Assembly: GCA_024679065.1 (NCBI GenBank)
Contig: JAGIQG010000016.1
Location: forward strand, 14,074,001-14,138,000
Reading direction: 5' to 3'
DNA from: Sphyrna mokarran
Lineage: Eukaryota
DNA length: 64,000 bases
Notes under the pieces: generated by a model
Seen by the model: the letters and a program-made list of their open reading frames with translations, nothing else
What the model was told of the DNA's origin: nothing
Database searches by the model: none
Position numbers and translations under genes: made by a program
Shown here: piece by piece, positions 40,575 through 52,228 of the stretch
Position numbering within the stretch: the stretch's first letter is position 1
Layout: each line of letters begins with the position of its first letter

Positions 40575-41083
40575 CAATACCGATGATGATGACGGTGGTG
40601 TCAAAACTAGCACTTGATTTGGATTAAAGTGAGGGAGAGTTGCACAGCGTCAGCCTCTCTCTATCTTCCCAATTCCCATCTGGATCCAGTGGCAAGACAA
40701 GAGTCAAGACGGCTGGAGATGGGACTAGGTGCAATGGATGACCAGGATATCAGTGGTGCCTTGTCCTGCTTTTCGCATTCTACGATGCTTGCACAGACTG
40801 CCTTCTTGACCATTAGTTCCATCCGCTAAATGCACTGGAGTCTGTTTTCACATGCTGGGATAGGCATCTCCCTATCTCACCGAGGGTTGAGACCCGTCGG
40901 CTACTCTCACTTGGTTTAGCTGGCTTGTCGAGGCCTTTGCCCGGGGTTTGGCCGTTGTCGCATGCAAACAGCTACGGGGAGCCACAGATGAGAGCTGGGT
41001 GCCAGGTGGGGGCAAAGGGTGGAAAAGGACGCTACATGTTCTCTCACCAGAAGTACTACCCCTCCCTGACACCCCATACACCC
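40575..41083 (-). mobile_element. GC-rich non-autonomous element, probably derived from an RTE-clade LINE 5'UTR
   Basis: Sharp GC-rich block with (CAT)n-like 3' end on the minus strand and an HDV-like fold at its 5' end; family assignment from recalled similarity. Confidence 0.6.
40904..41075 (-). ncRNA. HDV-like (nested double-pseudoknot) self-cleaving ribozyme, partly degenerate
   Basis: Minus strand: P1 GGGGUGU/AAACCCC, P2 CUCUCAUCUG/CAAGUGAGAG, P3 GGC/GCC, L3 starting UCC, J1/4 GGGCAA, P4 GGCCU-cgac-AAGCC, J4/2 GCUAA with candidate catalytic C at 40919. Confidence 0.6.
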
Positions 41084-42035
41084 TAGCACCTAGGCATTTA
41101 AGAAAGACAGGCTCCTATGAACAACACTATTAATAAAACCTCTCCTTCGAAACTGAAGGCATACTGACTTAGAACCATTTAACAATTACGTCCCTGCCCA
41201 GCAATGAACGTGTACTCCAATTGGAGCATATTAAACGAATTAGACATTACACCCTTTTAGTGTAATTTCTAACCATGTCGTGGACTTTCATACGAGGTCA
41301 CTAAATCACAACAAAAATAATATTTGTGAATTTGATAAAAAGTAATGTTAATTGGTGTGCACGATTGTTCATAATTGTCATGGTTACTTCAGGTAATGCA
41401 ACCATAATTTATTTGGCCCCTTGTGATATTTACATTTGTTTAGCGTCTAAAAGCAATCATGGGATGTACAAGAGCGGGATTGTAAAGGGAAAAGGAAGTT
41501 AATTCGACAATTTCGACAGCCCTGCCATCATGTTCATTGTGTTGACACAGATGTTGTCCAATGAATTTTGGGTTGCTACTGCAGTACATCTTGCCATTGG
41601 CACATATTGCTATCACTGTGTGACAGGAGTGGAGCAATGTCGTGGGTGAAGCAGTAAGTGTTCAGGGAATGATGTTTTCTCCTAATAACATGGAGTTACT
41701 TCAGCGTTGTTGGAGCTACATTTATTTGGCAAATTGGGTCTTTTTTTATAATTTGTAAACCTTACCAGTCTCTCACCCGAACTTGGGGCTACAGACATAA
41801 CATGACCAAAGAAAAGTAGGGTTCATATCATGCAGACATAAGGCTGTTTATGCTGAAAACTTGAGAAAACATTTTCCCTGAATCACAAGTGAGTTAGAGT
41901 TGGGTGTCCCAATGTTTTTAGAGATTGCCATTTTGGGTGGCATGAATAATCATTGTTGAAGTTCAACTCACGTCAGAATGCAATTCAAGACTTGCAACAT
42001 GTAAGTTCATTTAGTGTTTCACAAATTTGTTGCAG

Positions 42036-42071
42036 AGGTAGACACTGTAAAGAACACTCTGCGAGACGTAG
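42036..42071 (+). CDS. Coiled-coil microexon 13 (36 nt): EVDTVKNTLRDV
   Basis: aatttgttgcag|AGGTAGAC...GACGTAG|gtaatt; found in the slot predicted by the 36/27 alternation. Confidence 0.82.
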
Positions 42072-42674
42072 GTAATTAGACATCAGTTTGTTATTCTGCA
42101 CTCAAATGTTAATAGGATATTTTTATTATTCACCACCGACTGTGAAAATGAAGTGGAGATCATTTGCCTTCATTAATTAATTGGTTTGACTCATCATTCA
42201 GCGATCATATTCAGGACGTTCAGGAAGTTACAAAGGGTGATCAAGCACATGAGTATAATGGCTGATAGCTTATATCATTTTTATGTTTCAATTCTAAATG
42301 TCGAGTGCAATGTCGCAAAAGTAGTGAAGATTGGTTCATCTGCGATTTTAAAAAAAAATCCCCATAAGTGAATGGAAGCAAACAACTTGGTGAAAAACAT
42401 GGTTGATGCAGAAAGATGTATTTGATAACTGTATTTGGTTTTGGAGGCGATTTCATCTAATTGACTCCATCACTAAATGTTAGGAACCATTCCTCAGAAA
42501 TTTCACTCATGTTTCTTGTTTCAGTCATATGTTACCTTGACCAATTTTATTGATACGGTTACAGTAATGTAGCTTTTTTTTCAAAACTAAATGTTTCTAA
42601 AATCTTTTTGCATACCTCAGTTATATTTTTCCCCACTAGCATTAACTGACACTGTAAACCTTCCAACATTTTAG

Positions 42675-42701
42675 AGAAAAAGCTAACTCAGAAAGAGAAA
42701 G
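42675..42701 (+). CDS. Coiled-coil microexon 14 (27 nt): EKKLTQKEK
   Basis: cttccaacattttag|AGAAAAAG...GAGAAAG|gtaagt. Confidence 0.88.
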
Positions 42702-42998
42702 GTAAGTACGCGAGAAACACCTACTTGAAAGTATTGAAATTCGAAAAAAAAACGATAAAATATTGTTCCCGGTGTTTGTAAGATTTTTCAAATCTTCAAC
42801 ATTTTATAAACGTGTGAATACATTTTTTAGGACAAGCATGTGCCACCTTGACAACTTCACATTTAAATATCATGATCTTAATGTCTTTGTTCTGTATGGA
42901 TGGAGGTAAGATTTATCGAAAAGCCATAAATACAATGATGTATTCATGTATAATTCTGTGTATCTGTGTGTGTGTGCGCGCGCGTGCATTATTGCCTT

Positions 42999-43684
42999 GT
43001 GGGCTTCTCTTGGGAGTGGTTATTTCTGCCGTATTCTCCCGACTTAAAGCAGGCTGAGAGCAATTGAGTCTCAGTCTTGGCTCTTGAATAAATGAGTCTC
43101 AGTAAAGTTCAGGCAAATATGCTCAGCAAAGATTATAACCTTGTGTATAACCTTCACTGCAGGAAATTCCTTTAGTAAATCAATATTAGATGCCCCGGGC
43201 TGTCATGTATGTCCCCTCTTTAGGTCTTAAATGAACGTGTTAACTTTGCTCCTCCAAATATGCCTGCAAAGGAACAATAGAACTGAATGTTACAACGAAA
43301 TTGGAAATGAGCCAGGAATAACAATAGAACCATAGAACATTACAGCACAGAACCAGGTCTTTTGGCCCTTCTTAGCTGTGCCAAACCACTTTTCTGCCTT
43401 GGCCTACTGACCTGCATCTGGACCATACCGCTCCACATCCCTCCCATCCAATTGCCTATCCAAGTTTTCCTTAAATGTTAAAAATGAGCCCGCATTCGCC
43501 ACTTCATCTCGCAGCTCATTCCACACTCCCACCACTGTCTGTGTGTGTAATCTTTGCTGAGCATATTTGCCTGAACTTTACTGGAACTCATTTATTCAAG
43601 AGCCAAGACTGAGACTCAATTGCTCTCAGCCTGCTTTAAGTCGGGAGAATACGGCAGAAATAACCACTCCCAAGAGAAGCCCAC
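42999..43684. repeat. 137-bp inverted duplication (42999-43135 vs 43548-43684), 135/137 identical
   Basis: Base-by-base reverse-complement comparison; the only difference is ctgAGact vs ctgGAact. Confidence 0.95.
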
Positions 43685-43805
43685 TCCCCTAATATTCCCT
43701 TTAAACTTTTACCTCTTAAGCCTTAACCCGTGTCCTCTAGTTTTTTTTCCCGAGCCTCAGTAGAAAAAGTCTGCTAGCATTCACTCTACTTATACCCATC
43801 AATAA
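43322..43805 (-). mobile_element. CR1 LINE 3' fragment interrupted by the 137-bp insertion
   Basis: Reverse tail atagaaccatagaacattacagcacag; gcagctcattccacactcccaccactgtctgtgtgtg | tcccctaatattcccttta. Confidence 0.85.
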
Positions 43806-44073
43806 TGTAGGAAAATACTGTATTGGAGGATGTTAGAATGCAAATCCTACTGTTTAAGGATGAATGTTGGTAGTGAACTGGAAGGCGGGCTTGGTAGACG
43901 TCGCCATACATGCACATTACAGCCGAAATATCCTAAAGGGCACGTGGAACTGAAGTTCATCAAGATTTTCCCATTTGTCCACATCTGCATGCAAATATTT
44001 ATGTTTCCAAGACTCATTATATGAAAGATTATGAGCAAGATAGAGGTCAGCTCAGATTACAAACAGCAGATAT

Positions 44074-44630
44074 CATAGAATTTCAAATGTACACAATGCA
44101 GTAGAGGCCCTTCAACAATTCGTGTGTGCACAGACAGGCGTGAATCACCTGGTCCATTTACCTGATACCAATTACTAGTGATTCGCCATAACCTTGAATG
44201 TTATGGTGTATCAAATAGTCCTCCAGGTATTTTTTAAATTGGAAAGCAAACCGTCTCCAGCACCCTCACAAACAGCACATTATAAACCGCCTCCACCTTT
44301 TGGGTAAAAAGGTTTTCCTCAACACTCTCCGCCTTTAACCTTCTGACTCTTGCATTGAACTTGTGTCCACTCGTGACGACGTTCACCGAAAGGAACAGCT
44401 GCTCCTTATGCACGCTACCGTGCTCCTCATAGCCTTACATATCTCGATGATGATGCATCCTCTGCCCTATCTGCTCCAACGAAAATAAACCGTGATTTTG
44501 CAATCTCCTTCGGAACAAGAATGTTCTGTTTAGGGTAACATTTTGGAAAAGATCCTCTGCAGCCCAATGCAGTATCATACTTCTCACGCTAATTATAATA
44601 GATCCTTCTTATAATATTCCATAAATGTAG
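44074..44630 (-). mobile_element. Decayed CR1 3' fragment
   Basis: catagaa...gtagaggcccttc; ccaccttttgggtaaaaaggttttcctc; gatcctctgcagccc. Confidence 0.6.
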
Positions 44631-44639
44631 CATAAGTTA

Positions 44640-45260
44640 GAATTGGTCGAGAGCTTCATTTTTTTAGGAGTCCATATCACCAACAATCTATCTTGGTCAT
44701 CTTCATGCCGAGGCTTTCCTTAAGAAAGCCCACTACGGCTTCCACGTGCTCAGAAGACTAAGGAATTGGGCATGTCAACTAAGATTCCCACCAAGCTTTT
44801 CAGATATAGCATAGAAAATATTGTTCTGTTTGTATCACAGCTCGATATGGCTCTTTTTCTATCCAAGACCGCAATAAACTACATGAAGTCGTAAATGTAA
44901 CACAGCTTCCTATCCAGTCATCTTGTCTACACTTCCCGCAGCCTCAGAAAATGAGCCAGCATAATCGCGGATCCCATGTACCTTTCTTCCTCTCCTGTCG
45001 GGAAAAGTATATAAAAGTCTGATGTCAAGTATCAAAAGGCTCAAGGACTGGTTCTTCCCTGTTGTCCTGAGACTTTTGAATGGACCTACCTCGCACTACG
45101 TTGATCTTTCTCGACATCCTAACTATAACTTTACATCCTGCACTCTCTCCTTTCCTTCTGTGTGAACGCTTGAACGCTATGCTTTGTCCATATAGTATGC
45201 AAGAGACAATAATTTTCACTGCATACTGATACATATGACAATAATAAATCAAATCAAATT
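44640..45260 (+). mobile_element. Rex1/Babar-type LINE 3' fragment
   Basis: gtcgagagcttcatttttttaggagtccatatcaccaacaatct (ESFKFLG-like) through to gacaataataaatcaaatcaaatt. Confidence 0.82.
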
Positions 45261-47794
45261 GTATCAAAGAAGCCTAAGTGATGCGCGCATTGTCAGGGGA
45301 GATTCCGATATGGGGTTTTGGCAAATGAAGTGGTAAAACCGGAAGTGGTGCCCGGTGCTAATGTGCTTACCGCCGAAGAAGCAGATTGACGCTAGCAATT
45401 GTGTGGTGGATAAGTGAGGTGCGTGGGGCACTGTAGACAGTAAATGCACATGCCATAGGGATGGTACATCACCCTTCATTCCTCCAGTAAGATGAAGCTT
45501 CAGGGAAGAACAGATTCTTTTCAACGGGCAGCTGTAAACACTGTCAAAGCAATAGCGTCATGCTCGAGCAAGGATGGGGTGGCGCAAGAGAAGGTCGCAA
45601 AGGGATTTCCAACAAGCTCATTAAATGAGAAAGACTCAGTCCAAGCAATTAAGTTTACAGACCGTAGCTCATATATCTAATAGTGTGAGAATAGCAGTGT
45701 GTTTGAAGGTCGTCCCTATACAGAGAGGTCATCACAGACTTTGTGCTGGACAGAACGGCGAGTGGGGCAAGCATCTGACAATCATTTTCTGCAACCTGAA
45801 GTTTATCGTACTGTTGAACTTTCATTGCTCTGATCACTCTAGCAATACATTGAAGATTGGTCTGTGATCTCACTTCTGATTGTTTTCCAATGCATGTTGG
45901 TGACCGCCATTGTTATCCTTAAAGGATTGAACAACATGTTAGAATCGATATTGAGACATTTTTGCTCATTGTGCTCAAGGATTGAGTTTCAACCCTGCTT
46001 TGCCACAAGATACGGTGAAAAGGATTTCACATTTGCAGCTAACAAGCTCCCACTGAGCAGAGAAATAGACAATTGCACGGACATTCCACCATTCAATATG
46101 CAATAGCCAACTACTCAAAGAGGCTGCACGGTTACATGGAAGCAACAATATTAGAGTTCCCCAAATGATTTTCCCTCTCTATGCTTTAAGGATAGGTCCG
46201 GCATGACAGAGTTCGACATATTGACCAATATCCTGACGAAGATTTTGGGAACTCATACACTGCTGCAGCACAGCGGTAAAACATCTGTCACAGCGCAATG
46301 AGTTCAACAGTCCAGCAGTTACAACACTTTGACAGATATAGTTCAAATCATAAATATTTCTTGGGAAGTTATATACAAAACTCCAAAATTTTGTGCTGAC
46401 TTGTGCTGTTCTAACAGAGGGGACAAAACATCCGAAAACGTTTCTGGGAGGTTGACTATTTTGCTGACTATGCGGGGTTTAACCTCTGCATTTTTATTTG
46501 ACAATATTCAGCCGCATCAACTGAAGGCAAAATTGAAGAGATTGAGAATAGTTTGCATCTCACATTCAGGGCTGACAACATTACAATCACTTGCAATATC
46601 TAGACCATGTATGATGTGCCAATGCCAGTTTAGTTTGGTACGGAGGCGAGTGAGATAGAAGTTTCCTATCTAGACGAGTACAAAACACCAGTGGGCAATT
46701 GAAATTTGATGAGAGGTGTCGTCAACGTCGGGTGCCTTGTGAATACAATAACAGAGCCTTTCTTGAGACAGCTGTAGATGTCGAATTTGTCAGTTTCAAA
46801 TCTTTGGAGCAAAGTCCACAGAATTTCATGAGCTATTCATTTTCCTATGCTTTGGCAAGGATGAACTGATCCTAATATTTTGTCCTGAAATGTTCCCTGC
46901 ATTCCCATCACCACCAAGCACCACTGCGGAGAATCAGCTGGAAAGTATAAAAGGAGACACTGTTTCTGGGATAATTGTCTCAGCCACATGACGTAAACTA
47001 TTGAGAAGAATCCAATCAGTAAATTCCGTATGGACCAGACTAAAAGAGATAAGTATGTTTCAGGACATGATTTATCTCTTCGTGAACATTGGACACACAT
47101 TATATTCCAGAAAGTGCACAAGGGACGTATATTATTACTTCCAAATCGATAGCATATGCACACAGAATACTGGCATGAGCATATATTCATCACATTTGAA
47201 GGCATTAACTGCACAAACGTTGTAGCCAACATCATTGTTGAATTTATCAGTACGATTGTTTCCATAATCGTCACATAGATCATGTGTGGAAACGGTCACA
47301 ACGTACTGGTAATACCCTGGAGTGTATAAGCAATGGAATCACTTTAATGAGTTGTTAGGAATATCCTTTACAATATTGATTCTTAAGAAGAACTGGCTCC
47401 CATTCTGTCCATGGTCTTTTCATGGACTGATTGCTTAATTTTATTTTCATGTCACTGTGAACAGCATATTTCTGACTCTCTCGTGAGTTTTCTTTCATCG
47501 CCAAAACGCCCACTTTAATTCCTTCAATTGTCTTTATACATCAACCTTGAACTGTTGCACAGCCAGCTACTTCACTTGTAGTATTCGTTTTTCTCTCCCA
47601 GGCTATTTGTTTTGGATCCAGAATCGTTCATTTTTCAGCTTGATTTGCCAGACGTAATGCCAACTATGATCGAATGCAGTAATGGGAACATGTGTTTCTA
47701 ACATAGACGATTTTACTTGATCCCGCGAATATTGGATCCTGAAATTGAACTGCATATTTCAATGTTTTTCAAATTGTTTATGTGTTGCATATGG

Positions 47795-48133
47795 ATAGAA
47801 TCCATAGCGCCCATAGGATCCTTGTAGTGCAAAAGGAGGTCGTTCATCTCATTGAGTCTGCACCAACAGCAACCCCACCCCAAGCCTTATCCCCACAACC
47901 CCAGACATTTACCCCACTAATCTATCTAGCCTGCACATCCTCGGACATCAAGGGATAATTTAACATGGCCATTCAACCTAATACGCACATCTTTGGATCA
48001 TGGAAACACCAAGAGGAAACCCAAGAGACACGGGGAGAATGTGCAAACTGGCAATGACCCTATTCGGGAATCGAACGCAGGTCCCAGAATTTCTGATGCA
48101 TCAATAACAACCATTGCGCCACCGTGCCGTCCC
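47795..48133 (-). mobile_element. HE1-type V-SINE
   Basis: aatttaacatggccattcaacctaatacgcacatctttgga...gacacggggagaatgtgcaaact...ccattgcgccaccgtgccgtcc. Confidence 0.88.
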
Positions 48134-48194
48134 TTGTGGGGAGCTGATTTAATGTTGAGATATTAATCTTCTTCCTATGTATTTTAGAGAAAAT

Positions 48195-48415
48195 TACATT
48201 TTGTCGAAGCTTTGTATCTTGCAATTATCTGAACAATCGCATGAATACCAAAGGAAACATTGACTTCACACGGTATCAGAAGAAGTGCTAGCTGGTTTGC
48301 AGCCTGAGACTAGTTGCTGAAAGCATTGCGATGGAGAATGGAACAACGGTTACTGACAGTTAATTATCAATAATTATTTGAAAACTTAAATCAGGCAACT
48401 TAATGCTAATTAACG
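48195..48415 (-). mobile_element. Decayed Penelope-type terminal repeat fragment
   Basis: ttttgtcgaagctttgtatcttgcaattatctgaacaatcgca resembles the reverse complement of a CTGATGA...GAAA terminal repeat; recalled similarity. Confidence 0.4.
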
Positions 48416-48913
48416 AAAGTATTACATATTGAGGAACGAAACAGCAAATGAATGTCAATTATTTTGTTCCGCGAAAACAGCCACAAAATGCATACTTTAT
48501 TTCTATCTGCAAATAATATCACCCTTGCATACAAGTGTAAGCAAATTCCTGCATAGGCAAGATGCTGTAATGTGCGTGCGACTGACCATACCAAATAGGT
48601 TGTTGGAGGAATTTTTAGTACACTGAGGATTACTTTGCAAGAGTTCTCCATTCGCAACACTTGATAACCGTTTTAAGCATCCAAACTCCTTCTCCATGGC
48701 CCTTTTTTTTATTCATGTGGTTATTTCAGTTGGTGCCATAAGCTTATATGCTTCTTTCAGCACGTTCTTTTCTATTTTAAGTCTATAGAAATGTAAAATT
48801 GGGCAAGATACAAAGTCGACGAGGGCATCGCCCCAGAACCCCAGCTGGAGGTGTAAGACAGAGAGTGAGAGAGTTCAGTAAATGCGTCTGAGACTTTTGT
48901 TATTTAATTACAG

Positions 48914-48949
48914 ATGTCAATGCTTTGAGGGCGAGTTTGCAAGATGCAG
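48914..48949 (+). CDS. Coiled-coil microexon 15 (36 nt): DVNALRASLQDA
   Basis: cttttgttatttaattacag|ATGTCAAT...GATGCAG|gtcagt; found in the predicted slot. Confidence 0.85.
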
Positions 48950-49465
48950 GTCAGTCCCACAGTTGGGCAATCATGGCTTGAATAAATCATGGTCTCTATA
49001 TTGCTGTCAAATAAAAGAAATTTGCACTTACTCCATGTAATCAAACAACTGAAATTTGAGTTGAGAACAATGCTGTCTGGTTAAATTGTTTATCAGGATT
49101 CACCTGTTTCCATCTCTTAAACATGTTATGTTCCTTAGAAACAGCTTAGTGACCACTGGCAATGTCGATGTGGATTTTTTTTGTTTTCTTTCGGGATTTT
49201 AGATTTGGAGGTTGAAACAGGGTAAATGGAGATGGGTTAAAAAAAACAAGAATTTCATGGAGCACAGAAATCGTCATCACTGACATTAGCAGTTGATCTA
49301 TATTAATAATGCGTTGGAAACTACCAATTGAATTTTGAGTTACCCGTTTATGGATTTTCGATGTGCAATTATGTTAACAAATTGCAAAGGCATCTATGCT
49401 GAGTTTTACTTTGCTCATACTGTACCTTTTTGATGTCATTGTATTTTTCTTTATAATTCAATTAG

Positions 49466-49492
49466 AGGCCGCTCTGCGAAATCACGTGAATG
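49466..49492 (+). CDS. Coiled-coil microexon 16 (27 nt): EAALRNHVN
   Basis: tttttctttataattcaattag|AGGCCGCT...GTGAATG|gtaaat. Confidence 0.82.
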
Positions 49493-50219
49493 GTAAATGT
49501 GGCTATGTTATTATACGTCTCTATTTTTAGCACAGGCATTCTATTTTTCACGTGCGTGCAGTGATCACCTCTTATTGTGCTGGCATTTTTTTTTCATTGA
49601 AAGAAATAGAAGTATATATGTTCACCGCAGGGCCTTGACAATAATACTATATAGTAAGAATAGTAACAAAACGAAAAAAAATACAACGAATGAGGTGGTC
49701 TCAGCAGTTCTATTTGAATCTTGCAAGACAAGGACTTCAATAGCTTAATGGATGTATACTGTGTTGTGGAAGGTTGTGGGTGGATTGATACAAGTAAGAT
49801 GTCTCTACCTGATGTAGGGTGCAATTTTTGGCAAAATATACAAACTAGATCTTTGTAAATATTAGAAGGAATTTAGGATAAACGTTTGCTTTTAATTAGG
49901 GAGTAACTGACATATGTAAAACATTGAAACGAAAGTACCTGAAATTGTACAGATGAGTTGATGACACTTAATTAATCGAACATGAAAATTAAAATAAGGT
50001 AAAATTAAGAGAACTGGCATTTTGATAAGAATGCCGCGTGAATCATGGAGCCAGGCATAGAACTTTTATGTTCATGTAATTGCATTTGCTAACTCCATGG
50101 TATCAGTCTGTTCAGTACGTTTGCGATAATTAAATATTATTATCATAATTATATGATTCATCTTTATACATTTGAACCGTTTGAATTTGCTGTCCATTTT
50201 GATAAGATGATGGCTGATT

Positions 50220-51530
50220 GGATTGTTGCTACAAGTCCACTTTGCTGTATACACACTATCCAGTTTCACTTTTTTAATGAAAATACTACCTGCTTGTTCA
50301 TTGAATATGTTCGGTAACCCTGCTTCCAAAGCCCTCTGAGGAAGAAAAATCCATAGATCAGGACTCGTGAGAGACAGGACCCCCATCCATCGCCGTGACC
50401 CATTATTATTAAGCTGCTACCCCTCATTCCAGTTTCTCCTACAAGGGGAAGCATTCTTCCCTCCGATGTTTATATATTGCCATTTTTTCAAACGTTCATG
50501 AAGACAAACTCAAGCTACACTTCCTTTCCCAATAACGTAAATAACTGATTCAGGGATTTATCGAATGAGTGGCGTCAAATGCAACTGCATCTTGCCACAA
50601 ATTAACAAACACAAGCTGCACATCATTGCTAAGATGTCGTCTTTCCACAACTCCGTGAATCTGTCGTAAGATGTAAGAACATGGTAACATCTGAACATGA
50701 GAACATAAACAGCCCTGATTTTCTATCACTCATGTCTATCACAACATTTCGTTTCACTTCCTATCCATTTGTTCTAACTGCATATATTCGACGCTTTTAA
50801 TTAGAATACTAGAACACCCAGATACCTTCGCAACATAGAGTTTTGTAATCTTTCTCCATTAAATGCCTTAGTGTTTTTTCTATTATCTCTCCCAAAGTGG
50901 ACAGGTCAGATTTTCCCCACAATATAATTACATTTAAAAATTACCCATTCACTTACCTCACTGTTTCACTTTGCAAACTCATTTTGATCTCTTTTAAAGT
51001 TACTTCCTCAACACATCTAGCAGTGACCCATTCTATCCTTTCATCCAAGTTGAATTTAGATTACAAACAGTTAAGGGTCCAGCACTCATATTTGTGCAAA
51101 GAAATTTTTAGCAAATTAGTAAACAGAAAATGCCCCATTTATGCTTTCTTTCTGTTTCCCATCAGCCAATCGATGTTCTTTCAATGCCAGTGTGTTACAC
51201 CGAAACCATCTGCTTCTATGTTGTCTTGCACCTTGTGAAATGCCTCCCGCATCTTCACATAAACCACAACCACCGGATACACGTTGCTTGTTACTTCCCA
51301 ATAAAGAAAACGTAATACACTAAGCAAGTATGATTTTCCTTTCATAAACCCACATTGGCTCTTCGTGATTGCATTGGCATTTCCTAGGTGGTATGCTGCA
51401 ATCTTCTGAATATGTGGTTTCTGTCTCCTCCCTTCCTTCAGTGGAACGTTCGCAGAGTTGCAATCTAATAGAGTGTTGAAATGACGGTACAAATGTATTG
51501 CTTATTGCAACAGCTCTCTCTCCAACATAT
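50220..51530 (-). mobile_element. Decayed CR1 LINE RT region
   Basis: Minus translations SQCGFMKGKS, VVYVKMREAFHKV, PLVGETGMRGSSLII, LWIFLPQRALEAG. Confidence 0.65.
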
Positions 51531-51535
51531 ATATA

Positions 51536-52228
51536 GAGGGAGTTTTTTTTCACACAGAGGGTGGTGGGGTATGGAATGCACTGCCAAGTAAAGTGATGGA
51601 GGCAGGTACTCTGGAGTTATTTAAGAAATACTTAGATGGGCACATAGAATGGGAATGGAGGGGTATAGAAAACTGAGTTAAAATAGGGATCATGAGCCTT
51701 GGGAGTCCCTGGGAATTGGGAATTGTGTAAATAGATGATGATATTGATGTACTTGTTTTTACCCTAAGAGTGCTTTGGTCCATCTTGTTGTCTAACGAGG
51801 GGCATACACGCGATGGGTCATGAGAGGACTGCTCTTGGATCTTTTTCGAGAGTATCCTACTGCTTCACATCGTTAGTGTATGCTTGACCTGGACCATCTG
51901 ATGGGCAACATGACAGCTCAGTGACTATCGCTGTGCTGTGCAGATACATGGATTTGGGCTGTGTTGTGTGGAGTTTGTGCATTCTCCCCGTGCTTGCGTG
52001 GGGTTTTCTCCAGGTGCTCCGGTTTCCTCCCACATCCCAAAGATGTGCTCTTAGGCTAATTGGCAAAACAAATTCTCCCTAAATTGTCTCAAATTTGGTT
52101 TTTAATCCATAGATCTATAAATATGGACAGGGATCGCGGGTAGAGGTGGGAACATCGGGGTGGCGGCACGGGCTCGTTGGGCCAAAGGGCCTGTCTCCCG
52201 TGCTGTTTTGTTCTTTGTTCTTTGTTCT
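51536..52228 (+). mobile_element. CR1 3' end + 3'UTR containing a V-SINE body (chimeric element, copy 2)
   Basis: FFTQRVVGVWNALP segment, shared spacer, degenerate tRNA head gggcaacatgacagctcagtgactatc, V-domain gtggagtttgtgcattctccccgtg...ccggtttcctcccacatcccaaagatgtgc, (TTTGTTC)n tail. Confidence 0.85.

Noticed and set aside
41977-42000. 24-nt candidate exon (ECNSRLAT) with GTAAGT donor
   Set aside because: Weak acceptor, only 35 nt before exon 42036, and its terminal T would form TAG with either following exon
42202-42236. AG...GT segment near exons 13-14
   Set aside because: 35 nt, breaks frame, weak donor
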